From: Eledone cirrhosa
Lineage: Eukaryota
Direction: 5' to 3'
Length of the DNA: 64,000 bases
Assembly: GCA_964016885.1 (NCBI GenBank)
Contig: OZ024741.1
Span: 211,730,001 to 211,794,000 of the forward strand
Numbering within the stretch: the first letter of the stretch is position 1; each line of letters starts with the position of its first letter. Shown piece after piece: positions 14,901-28,000 of this stretch. A model generated the notes under the pieces. The model was given only the letters and a program-made list of their open reading frames with translations, was not told the DNA's origin and did no database searches. The position numbers and the translations under genes were made by a program.

Positions 14901-16079
14901 ATGTTGTTATTGTTGTTGATGTTGTCATTGTTGTTGATGTTGTTATTTTTGTTGGTGTTGTCATTGTTGTTGATGTTGTTATTGTTGTTGATGTTGTCAT
15001 TGTTGTTGATGTTGATATCGTTGTTGATGTTGTTATTGTTGATGTTGTTATTGTTGTTGATGTTGTTATTGTTGTTGATGTTGTTATTGTTGTTGATGTT
15101 GTCATTGTTGTTGATGTTGTCATTGTTGTTGATGTTGTCATTGTTGTTGATGTTGTTATTGTTGTTGATGTTGTCATTGTTGTTGATGTTGTCATTGTTG
15201 TTGATGTTTTCATTGTTGTTGATGTTGTTATTGTTGTTGATGTTGTTATTGTTGTTGATGTTGTTATTGTTGTTGATGTTGTCATTGTTGTTGATGTTGT
15301 TATTGTTGTTGATGTTGATATTGTTGTTGATGTTGTTATTGTTGTTGTCATTGTTGTTGATGTTGTCATTGTTGTTGGTGTTGTCATTGTTGTTGGTGTT
15401 GTCATTGTTGTTGATGTTGTTATTGTTGTTGATGTTGTTATTGTTGTTGATGTTGTTATTGTTGTTGGTGTTGTCATTGTTGTTGATGTTGTTATTGTTG
15501 TTGATGTCGTTATTGTTGTTGATGTTGTTATTGTTGTTGATGTTGTTATTGTTGTTGATGTTGTCATTGTTGTTGATGTTGTTATTGTTGTTGATGTTGT
15601 TATTGTTGTTGATGTTGTTATTGTTGATGTTGTTATTGCTGTTGATGTTGTCATTGTTGTTGATGTTGTTATTGTCGTTGATGTTGTCATTGTTGTTGAT
15701 GTTGTTATTGTTGTTGATGTTGTTATTGTTGTTGATGTTGTTATTGTTGTTGATGTTGTCATTGTTGTTGATGTTGTCATTGTTGTTGATGTTGTCATTA
15801 TTGTTGATGTTGTTATTGTTGTTGATGTTGTTATTGATGTTGATGTTGTCATTGTTGTTGATGTTTTCATTCTTGTTGATGTTGTTATTGTTGTTGATGT
15901 TGTTATTGTTGTTGGTGTTGTCATTGTTGTTGATGTTGTTATTGTTGTTGATGTTGTTATTGTTGTTGATGTTGTTATTGTTGTTGATGTTGTCATTGTT
16001 GTTGATGTTGTTATTGTTGTTGATGTTGTTATTGTTGTTGATGTTGTTATTGTTGTTGATGTTGTCATTGTTGTTGATG

Positions 16080-19000
16080 TTGTTATTGTTGTTGATGTTG
16101 TCATTGTTGTTGATGTTGTTATTGTTGTTGGTGTTGTCATTGTTGTTGATGTTGTTATTGTTGTTGATGTTGTTATTGTTGTTGATGTTGTCATTGTTGT
16201 TGATGTTGTCATTGTTGTTGATGTTGTTATTGTTGTTGATGTTGTCATTGTTGCTGATGTTGTTATTGTTGTTGGTGTTGTCATTGTTGTTGATGATGTT
16301 ATTGTTGTTGATGTTGTTATTGTTGTTGATGTTGTCATTGTTGTTGATGTTGTCATTGTTGTTGATGTTGTTATTGTTGTTGATGTTGTTATTGTTGTTG
16401 ATGTTGTTATTATTGTTGATGTTGTTATTGTTGTTGATGTCGTTATTGTTGTTGATGTTGTTATTGTTATTCATGTTGTTATTGTGGTTGATGTTGTTAT
16501 TGTTGATGATGTTGTTATTGTTGTTGATGTTATTATTGTTGTTGATGTTGTCATTGTTGTTGATGTTGTCATTGTTGTTGATGTTTTCATTGTTGTTGAT
16601 GTTGTTATTGTTGTTGATGTTGTTATTGTTGTTGATGTTGTCATTGTTGTTGATGTTGTTATTGTTGTTGATGTTGTTATTGTTGTTGTCATTGTTGTTG
16701 ATGTTGTCATTGTTGTTGGTGTTGTCATTGTTGCTGGTGTTGTCATTGTTGTTGATGTTGTTATTGTTGTTGATGTTGTCATTGTTGTTGATGTTGTTCT
16801 TGTTGTTGATGTTGTCATTGTTGTTGATGTTGTTATTGTTGATGTTGTTATTGTTGTTGATGTTATCATTGTTGTTGATGTTGATATCGTTGTTGATGTT
16901 GTTATTGTTGATGTTGTTATTGTTGTTGATGTTGTTATTGTTGTTGATGTTTTTATTGTTGTTGATGTTGTCATTGTTGTTGATGTTGTCATTGTTGTTG
17001 ATGTTGTCATTGCTGTTGATGTTGTTATTGTTGTTGGTGTTGTCATTGTTGTTGATGTTGTTATTGTTGTTGATGTTGTTATTGTTGTTGATGTTGTCAT
17101 CGTTGTTGATGTTGTCATTGTTGTTGATGTTGTTATTGTTGTTGATGTTGTCATTGTTGTTGATGTTGTTATTGTTGGTGATGTTGTTATTGTTGATGTT
17201 GTTATTGTTGTTGATGTTGTCATTGTTGTTGATGTTGTTCTTGTTGTTGATGTTGTCATTGTTATTGATGTTGTCATTGTTGTTGATGTTGTTATTGTTG
17301 TTGATGTTGTCATTGTTGTTGATGTTGTTATTGTTGTTGATGTTGTTATTGTTGATGTTGTTATTGTTGTTGATGTTATCATTGTTGTTGATGTTGATAT
17401 CGTTGTTGATGTTGTTATTGTTGATGTTGTTATTGTTGTTGATGTTGTTATTGTTGTTGATGTTTTTATTGTTGTTGATGTTGTCATTGTTGTTGATGTT
17501 GTCATTGTTGTTGATGTTGTCATTGCTGTTGATGTTGTTATTGTTGTTGATGTTGTCATTGTTGTTGATGTTGTGTTGTTGATGTTTTCATTGTTGTTGA
17601 TGTTGTTATTGTTGTTGTTGTTATTGTTGTTGATGTTGTTATTGTTGTTGATGTTGTCATTGTTGTTGATGTTGTTATTGTTGTTGATGTTGTTATTGTT
17701 GTTGATGTTGTTATTGTTGTTGTCATTGTTGTTGATGTTGTCATTGTTGTTGGTGTTGTCATTGTTGCTGGTGTTGTCATTGTTGTTGATGTTGTTATTG
17801 TTGTTGATGTTGTCATTGTTGTAGATGTTGTTATTGTTGTAGATGTTGTTATTGTTGTTGATATTTTCAATGTTGTTGATGTTGTTATTGATGTTGATGT
17901 TGTTATTGTTGTTGGTGTTGTCATTGTTGTTGATGTTGTTATTGTTGTTGATATTGTTATTGTTGTTGATGTTGTTATTGTTGTTGATGTTGTCATTGTC
18001 GTTGATGTTGTTATTGTTGTTGATGTTGTCATTGTTGTTGATGTTGTTATTATTGTTGGTGTTGTCATTGTTGTTGATGTTGTCATTGTTGTTGATGTTG
18101 TCATTGTTGTTGATGTTGTTATTGTTGTTGGTGTTGTCATTGTTGTTGATGTTGTTATTGTTGTTGATGTTGTTATTGTTGTTGATGTTGTCATCGTTGT
18201 TGATGTTGTCATTGTTGTTGATGTTGTTATTGTTGTTGATGTTGTCATTGTTGTTGATGTTGTTATTGTTGGTGATGTTGTTATTGTTGATGTTGTTATT
18301 GTTGTTGATGTTGTCATTGTTGTTGATGTTGTTCTTGTTGTTGATGTTGTCATTGTTGTTGATGTTGTCATTGTTGTTGATGTTGTCATTGTTGTTGATG
18401 TTGTTATTGTTGTTGATGTTGTTATTGTTGTTGATGTTGTCATTGTTGTTGATGTTGTCATTGTTGTTGATGTTGTTATTGTTGTTGATGTTGTTATTGT
18501 TTATGATGTTGTTATTGTTGTTGATGTTGTCATTGTTGTTGATGTTGTTATTGTTGTTGATGTTGTTATTGTTGTTTGTCATTGTTGTTGATGTTGTCAT
18601 TGATGTTGATGTTGTTATTGTTGTTGATGTTGTTCTTGTTGTTGATGTTGTCATTGTTATTGATGTTGTCATTGTTGTTGATGTTGTTATTGTTGTTGAT
18701 GTTGTCATTGTTGTTGATGTTGTTATTGTTGTTGATGTTGTTATTGTTGATGTTGTTATTGTTGTTGATGTTATCATTGTTGTTGATGTTGATATCGTTG
18801 TTGATGTTGTTATTGTTGATGTTGTTATTGTTGTTGATGTTGTTATTGTTGTTGATGTTTTTATTGTTGTTGATGTTGTCATTGTTGTTGATGTTGTCAT
18901 TGTTGTTGATGTTGTCATTGCTGTTGATGTTGTTATTGTTGTTGATGTTGTCATTGTTGTTGATGTTGTGTTGTTGATGTTTTCATTGTTGTTGATGTTG

Positions 19001-22000
19001 TTATTGTTGTTGTTGTTATTGTTGTTGATGTTGTTATTGTTGTTGATGTTGTCATTGTTGTTGATGTTGTTATTGTTGTTGATGTTGTTATTGTTGTTGA
19101 TGTTGTTATTGTTGTTGTCATTGTTGTTGATGTTGTCATTGTTGTTGGTGTTGTCATTGTTGCTGGTGTTGTCATTGTTGTTGATGTTGTTATTGTTGTT
19201 GATGTTGTCATTGTTGTTGATGTTGTTATTGTTGTTGATGTTGTTATTGTTGTTGATATTTTCAATGTTGTTGATGTTGTTATTGATGTTGATGTTGTTA
19301 TTGTTGTTGGTGTTGTCATTGTTGTTGATGTTGTTATTGTTGTTGATATTGTTATTGTTGTTGATGTTGTTATTGTTGTTGATGTTGTCATTGTCGTTGA
19401 TGTTATTATTGTTGTTGATGTTCTCATTGTTGTTGATGTTGTTATTGTTGTTGGTGTTGTCATTGTTGTTGATGTTGTCATTGTTGTTGATGTTGTCATT
19501 GTTGTTGATGTTGTTATTGTTGTTGGTGTTGTCATTGTTGTTGATGTTGTTATTGTTGTTGATGTTGTTATTGTTGTTGATGTTGTCATCGTTGTTGATG
19601 TTGTCATTGTTGTTGATGTTGTTATTGTTGTTGATGTTGTCATTGTTGTTGATGTTGTTATTGTTGGTGATGTTGTTATTGTTGATGTTGTTATTGTTGT
19701 TGATGTTGTCATTGTTGTTGATGTTGTTCTTGTTGTTGATGTTGTCATTGTTGTTGATGTTGTCATTGTTGTTGATGTTGTTATTGTTGTTGATGTTGTC
19801 ATTGTTGTTGATGTTGTTATTGTTGTTGATGTTGTTATTGTTGATGTTGTTATTGTTGTTGATGTTATCATTGTTGTTGATGTTGATATCGTTGTTGATG
19901 TTGTTATTGTTGATGTTGTTATTGTTGTTGATGTTGTTATTGTTGTTGATGTTTTTATTGTTGTTGATGTTGTCATTGTTGTTGATGTTGTCATTGTTGT
20001 TGATGTTGTCATTGCTGTTGATGTTGTTATTGTTGTTGATGTTGTCATTGTTGTTGATGATGTGTTGTTGATGTTTTCATTGTTGTTGATGTTGTTATTG
20101 TTGTTGTTGTTGTTATTGTTGTTGATGTTGTTATTGTTGTTGATGTTGTCATTGTTGTTGATGTCGTTATTGTTGTTGATGTTGTTATTGTTGTTGATGT
20201 TGTTATTGTTGTTGTCATTGTTGTTGATGTTGTCATTGTTGTTGGTGTTGTCATTGTTGTTGATGTTGTTATTGTTGTTGATTTTTTATTGTTGTTGATG
20301 TTGTTATTGTTGTTGATGTTGTTATTGTTGTTGATGTTGTCATTGTTGTTGATGTTGTTATTGGTGTTGATGTTGTTATTGTTGTTGATGTTGTCATTGT
20401 TGTTAATGTTGTTATTGTTGTTGATGTTGTTATTGTTGTTGATGTTGTTATCGTCGTTGATGTTGTTATAGTTGTTGATGTTGTCATTGTTGTTGATGTT
20501 GTTACTGTTGTTGATGTTGTTATTGTTGTTGTCATTGTTGTTGATGTTGTCATTGTTGTTGGTGTTGTCATCGTTGTTGGTGTTGTCATTGTTGTTGATG
20601 TTGTTATTGTTGTTGATGTTGTCATTGTTGTTGATGTTGTCATTGTTGTTGATGTTGTCATTGTTGTTCATGTTGTCATTATTGTTGATGTTGTTATTGT
20701 TGTTGATGTTGTTATTGTTGTTGATGTTGTCATTGTTGTTAATGTTGTTATTGTTGTTGGTGTTGTCATTGTTGTTGATGTTGTCATTGTTGTTGATGTT
20801 GTTATTGTTGTTGATGTTGTTATTGTTTATGATGTTGTTATTGTTGTTGATGTTGTCATTGTTGTTGATGTTGTTATTGTTGTTGATGTTGTTATTGTTG
20901 TTTGTCATTGTTGTTGATGTTGTCATTGATGTTGATGTTGTTATTGTTGTTGATGTTGTCATTGTTGTTGATGTTGTTATTGTTGTTGATATTTTCAATG
21001 TTGTTGATGTTGTTATTGATGTTGATGTTGTTATTGATGTTGATGTTGTTATTGTTGTTGGTGTTGTCATTGTTGTTGATGTTGTTATTGTTGTTGATAT
21101 TGTTATTGTTGTTGATGTTGTTATTGTTGTTGATGTTGTCATTGTCGTTGATGTTGTTATTGTTGTTGATGTTGTCATTGTTGTTGATGTTGTTATTGTT
21201 GTTGGTGTTGTCATTGTTGTTGATGTTGTCATTGTTGTTGATGTTGTCATTGTTGTTGATGTTGTTATTGTTGTTGGTGTTGTCATTGTTGTTGATGTTG
21301 TTATTGTTGTTGATGTTGTTATTGTTGTTGATGTTGTCATCATTGTTGATGTTGTCATTGTTGTTGATGTTGTTATTGTTGTTGATGTTGTCATTGTTGT
21401 TGATGTTGTTATTGTTGTTGGTGTTGTCATTGTTGTTGATGTTGTTATTGTTGTTGATGTTGTTATTGTTGTTGATGTTGTCATTGTTGTTGATGTTGTC
21501 ATTGTTGTTGATGTTGTTATTGTTGTTGATGTTGTCATTGTTGCTGATGTTGTTATTGTTGTTGGTGTTGTCATTGTTGTTGATGATGTTATTGTTGTTG
21601 ATGTTGTTATTGTTGTTGATGTTGTCATTGTTGTTGATGTTGTCATTGTTGTTGATGTTGTTATTGTTGTTGATGTTGTTATTGTTGTTGATGTTGTTAT
21701 TATTGTTGATGTTGTTATTGTTGTTGATGTCGTTATTGTTGTTGATGTTGTTATTGTTATTCATGTTGTTATTGTGGTTGATGTTGTTATTGTTGATGAT
21801 GTTGTTATTGTTGTTGATGTTATTATTGTTGTTGATGTTGTCATTGTTGTTGATGTTGTCATTGTTGTTGATGTTTTCATTGTTGTTGATGTTGTTATTG
21901 TTGTTGATGTTGTTATTGTTGTTGATGTTGTCATTGTTGTTGATGTTGTTATTGTTGTTGATGTTGTTATTGTTGTTGTCATTGTTGTTGATGTTGTCAT

Positions 22001-25000
22001 TGTTGTTGGTGTTGTCATTGTTGCTGGTGTTGTCATTGTTGTTGATGTTGTTATTGTTGTTGATGTTGTCATTGTTGTTGATGTTGTTCTTGTTGTTGAT
22101 GTTGTCATTGTTGTTGATGTTGTTATTGTTGATGTTGTTATTGTTGTTGATGTTATCATTGTTGTTGATGTTGATATCGTTGTTGATGTTGTTATTGTTG
22201 ATGTTGTTATTGTTGTTGATGTTGTTATTGTTGTTGATGTTTTTATTGTTGTTGATGTTGTCATTGTTGTTGATGTTGTCATTGTTGTTGATGTTGTCAT
22301 TGCTGTTGATGTTGTTATTGTTGTTGGTGTTGTCATTGTTGTTGATGTTGTTATTGTTGTTGATGTTGTTATTGTTGTTGATGTTGTCATCGTTGTTGAT
22401 GTTGTCATTGTTGTTGATGTTGTTATTGTTGTTGATGTTGTCATTGTTGTTGATGTTGTTATTGTTGGTGATGTTGTTATTGTTGATGTTGTTATTGTTG
22501 TTGATGTTGTCATTGTTGTTGATGTTGTTCTTGTTGTTGATGTTGTCATTGTTATTGATGTTGTCATTGTTGTTGATGTTGTTATTGTTGTTGATGTTGT
22601 CATTGTTGTTGATGTTGTTATTGTTGTTGATGTTGTTATTGTTGATGTTGTTATTGTTGTTGATGTTATCATTGTTGTTGATGTTGATATCGTTGTTGAT
22701 GTTGTTATTGTTGATGTTGTTATTGTTGTTGATGTTGTTATTGTTGTTGATGTTTTTATTGTTGTTGATGTTGTCATTGTTGTTGATGTTGTCATTGTTG
22801 TTGATGTTGTCATTGCTGTTGATGTTGTTATTGTTGTTGATGTTGTCATTGTTGTTGATGTTGTGTTGTTGATGTTTTCATTGTTGTTGATGTTGTTATT
22901 GTTGTTGTTGTTATTGTTGTTGATGTTGTTATTGTTGTTGATGTTGTCATTGTTGTTGATGTTGTTATTGTTGTTGATGTTGTTATTGTTGTTGATGTTG
23001 TTATTGTTGTTGATGTTGTTCTTGTTGTTGATGTTGTCATTGTTGTTGATGTTGTCATTGTTGTTGATGTTGTCATTGTTGTTGATGTTGTTATTGTTGT
23101 TGATGTTGTTATTGTTGTTGATGTTGTCATTGTTGTTGATGTTGTCATTGTTGTTGATGTTGTTATTGTTGTTGATGTTGTTATTGTTTATGATGTTGTT
23201 ATTGTTGTTGATGTTGTCATTGTTGTTGATGTTGTTATTGTTGTTGATGTTGTTATTGTTGTTTGTCATTGTTGTTGATGTTGTCATTGATGTTGATGTT
23301 GTTATTGTTGTTGATGTTGTTCTTGTTGTTGATGTTGTCATTGTTATTGATGTTGTCATTGTTGTTGATGTTGTTATTGTTGTTGATGTTGTCATTGTTG
23401 TTGATGTTGTTATTGTTGTTGATGTTGTTATTGTTGATGTTGTTATTGTTGTTGATGTTATCATTGTTGTTGATGTTGATATCGTTGTTGATGTTGTTAT
23501 TGTTGATGTTGTTATTGTTGTTGATGTTGTTATTGTTGTTGATGTTTTTATTGTTGTTGATGTTGTCATTGTTGTTGATGTTGTCATTGTTGTTGATGTT
23601 GTCATTGCTGTTGATGTTGTTATTGTTGTTGATGTTGTCATTGTTGTTGATGTTGTGTTGTTGATGTTTTCATTGTTGTTGATGTTGTTATTGTTGTTGT
23701 TGTTATTGTTGTTGATGTTGTTATTGTTGTTGATGTTGTCATTGTTGTTGATGTTGTTATTGTTGTTGATGTTGTTATTGTTGTTGATGTTGTTATTGTT
23801 GTTGTCATTGTTGTTGATGTTGTCATTGTTGTTGGTGTTGTCATTGTTGCTGGTGTTGTCATTGTTGTTGATGTTGTTATTGTTGTTGATGTTGTCATTG
23901 TTGTTGATGTTGTTATTGTTGTTGATGTTGTTATTGTTGTTGATATTTTCAATGTTGTTGATGTTGTTATTGATGTTGATGTTGTTATTGTTGTTGGTGT
24001 TGTCATTGTTGTTGATGTTGTTATTGTTGTTGATATTGTTATTGTTGTTGATGTTGTTATTGTTGTTGATGTTGTCATTGTCGTTGATGTTATTATTGTT
24101 GTTGATGTTCTCATTGTTGTTGATGTTGTTATTGTTGTTGGTGTTGTCATTGTTGTTGATGTTGTCATTGTTGTTGATGTTGTCATTGTTGTTGATGTTG
24201 TTATTGTTGTTGGTGTTGTCATTGTTGTTGATGTTGTTATTGTTGTTGATGTTGTTATTGTTGTTGATGTTGTCATCGTTGTTGATGTTGTCATTGTTGT
24301 TGATGTTGTTATTGTTGTTGATGTTGTCATTGTTGTTGATGTTGTTATTGTTGGTGATGTTGTTATTGTTGATGTTGTTATTGTTGTTGATGTTGTCATT
24401 GTTGTTGATGTTGTTCTTGTTGTTGATGTTGTCATTGTTGTTGATGTTGTCATTGTTGTTGATGTTGTTATTGTTGTTGATGTTGTCATTGTTGTTGATG
24501 TTGTTATTGTTGTTGATGTTGTTATTGTTGATGTTGTTATTGTTGTTGATGTTATCATTGTTGTTGATGTTGATATCGTTGTTGATGTTGTTATTGTTGA
24601 TGTTGTTATTGTTGTTGATGTTGTTATTGTTGTTGATGTTTTTATTGTTGTTGATGTTGTCATTGTTGTTGATGTTGTCATTGTTGTTGATGTTGTCATT
24701 GCTGTTGATGTTGTTATTGTTGTTGATGTTGTCATTGTTGTTGATGATGTGTTGTTGATGTTTTCATTGTTGTTGATGTTGTTATTGTTGTTGTTGTTGT
24801 TATTGTTGTTGATGTTGTTATTGTTGTTGATGTTGTCATTGTTGTTGATGTCGTTATTGTTGTTGATGTTGTTATTGTTGTTGATGTTGTTATTGTTGTT
24901 GTCATTGTTGTTGATGTTGTCATTGTTGTTGGTGTTGTCATTGTTGTTGATGTTGTTATTGTTGTTGATTTTTTATTGTTGTTGATGTTGTTATTGTTGT

Positions 25001-28000
25001 TGATGTTGTTATTGTTGTTGATGTTGTCATTGTTGTTGATGTTGTTATTGGTGTTGATGTTGTTATTGTTGTTGATGTTGTCATTGTTGTTAATGTTGTT
25101 ATTGTTGTTGATGTTGTTATTGTTGTTGATGTTGTTATCGTCGTTGATGTTGTTATAGTTGTTGATGTTGTCATTGTTGTTGATGTTGTTACTGTTGTTG
25201 ATGTTGTTATTGTTGTTGTCATTGTTGTTGAAGTTGTCATTGTTGTTGGTGTTGTCATCGTTGTTGGTGTTGTCATTGTTGTTGATGTTGTTATTGTTGT
25301 TGATGTTGTCATTGTTGTTGATGTTGTCATTGTTGTTGATGTTGTCATTGTTGTTCATGTTGTCATTATTGTTGATGTTGTTATTGTTGTTGATGTTGTT
25401 ATTGTTGTTGATGTTGTCATTGTTGTTAATGTTGTTATTGTTGTTGGTGTTGTCATTGTTGTTGATGTTGTCATTGTTGTTGATGTTGTTATTGTTGTTG
25501 ATGTTGTTATTGTTTATGATGTTGTTATTGTTGTTGATGTTGTCATTGTTGTTGATGTTGTTATTGTTGTTGATGTTGTTATTGTTGTTTGTCATTGTTG
25601 TTGATGTTGTCATTGATGTTGATGTTGTTATTGTTGTTGATGTTGTCATTGTTGTTGATGTTGTTATTGTTGTTGATATTTTCAATGTTGTTGATGTTGT
25701 TATTGATGTTGATGTTGTTATTGATGTTGATGTTGTTATTGTTGTTGGTGTTGTCATTGTTGTTGATGTTGTTATTGTTGTTGATATTGTTATTGTTGTT
25801 GATGTTGTTATTGTTGTTGATGTTGTCATTGTCGTTGATGTTGTTATTGTTGTTGATGTTGTCATTGTTGTTGATGTTGTTATTGTTGTTGGTGTTGTCA
25901 TTGTTGTTGATGTTGTCATTGTTGTTGATGTTGTCATTGTTGTTGATGTTGTTATTGTTGTTGGTGTTGTCATTGTTGTTGATGTTGTTATTGTTGTTGA
26001 TGTTGTCATCATTGTTGATGTTGTCATTGTTGTTGATGTTGTTATTGTTGTTGATGTTGTCATTGTTGTTGATGTTGTTATTGTTGTTGGTGTTGTCATT
26101 GTTGTTGATGTTGTTATTGTTGTTGATGTTGTTATTGTTGTTGATGTTGTCATTGTTGTTGATGTTGTCATTGTTGTTGATGTTGTTATTGTTGTTGATG
26201 TTGTCATTGTTGCTGATGTTGTTATTGTTGTTGGTGTTGTCATTGTTGTTGATGATGTTATTGTTGTTGATGTTGTTATTGTTGTTGATGTTGTCATTGT
26301 TGTTGATGTTGTCATTGTTGTTGATGTTGTTATTGTTGTTGATGTTGTTATTGTTGTTGATGTTGTTATTATTGTTGATGTTGTTATTGTTGTTGATGTC
26401 GTTATTGTTGTTGATGTTGTTATTGTTATTCATGTTGTTATTGTGGTTGATGTTGTTATTGTTGATGATGTTGTTATTGTTGTTGATGTTATTATTGTTG
26501 TTGATGTTGTCATTGTTGTTGATGTTGTCATTGTTGTTGATGTTTTCATTGTTGTTGATGTTGTTATTGTTGTTGATGTTGTTATTGTTGTTGATGTTGT
26601 CATTGTTGTTGATGTTGTTATTGTTGTTGATGTTGTTATTGTTGTTGTCATTGTTGTTGATGTTGTCATTGTTGTTGGTGTTGTCATTGTTGCTGGTGTT
26701 GTCATTGTTGTTGATGTTGTTATTGTTGTTGATGTTGTCATTGTTGTTGATGTTGTTCTTGTTGTTGATGTTGTCATTGTTGTTGATGTTGTTATTGTTG
26801 ATGTTGTTATTGTTGTTGATGTTATCATTGTTGTTGATGTTGATATCGTTGTTGATGTTGTTATTGTTGATGTTGTTATTGTTGTTGATGTTGTTATTGT
26901 TGTTGATGTTTTTATTGTTGTTGATGTTGTCATTGTTGTTGATGTTGTCATTGTTGTTGATGTTGTCATTGCTGTTGATGTTGTTATTGTTGTTGGTGTT
27001 GTCATTGTTGTTGATGTTGTTATTGTTGTTGATGTTGTTATTGTTGTTGATGTTGTCATCGTTGTTGATGTTGTCATTGTTGTTGATGTTGTTATTGTTG
27101 TTGATGTTGTCATTGTTGTTGATGTTGTTATTGTTGGTGATGTTGTTATTGTTGATGTTGTTATTGTTGTTGATGTTGTCATTGTTGTTGATGTTGTTCT
27201 TGTTGTTGATGTTGTCATTGTTATTGATGTTGTCATTGTTGTTGATGTTGTTATTGTTGTTGATGTTGTCATTGTTGTTGATGTTGTTATTGTTGTTGAT
27301 GTTGTTATTGTTGATGTTGTTATTGTTGTTGATGTTATCATTGTTGTTGATGTTGATATCGTTGTTGATGTTGTTATTGTTGATGTTGTTATTGTTGTTG
27401 ATGTTGTTATTGTTGTTGATGTTTTTATTGTTGTTGATGTTGTCATTGTTGTTGATGTTGTCATTGTTGTTGATGTTGTCATTGCTGTTGATGTTGTTAT
27501 TGTTGTTGATGTTGTCATTGTTGTTGATGTTGTGTTGTTGATGTTTTCATTGTTGTTGATGTTGTTATTGTTGTTGTTGTTATTGTTGTTGATGTTGTTA
27601 TTGTTGTTGATGTTGTCATTGTTGTTGATGTTGTTATTGTTGTTGATGTTGTTATTGTTGTTGATGTTGTTATTGTTGTTGTCATTGTTGTTGATGTTGT
27701 CATTGTTGTTGGTGTTGTCATTGTTGCTGGTGTTGTCATTGTTGTTGATGTTGTTATTGTTGTTGATGTTGTCATTGTTGTTGATGTTGTTATTGTTGTT
27801 GATGTTGTTATTGTTGTTGATATTTTCAATGTTGTTGATGTTGTTATTGATGTTGATGTTGTTATTGTTGTTGGTGTTGTCATTGTTGTTGATGTTGTTA
27901 TTGTTGTTGATATTGTTATTGTTGTTGATGTTGTTATTGTTGTTGATGTTGTCATTGTCGTTGATGTTGTTATTGTTGTTGATGTTGTCATTGTTGTTGA

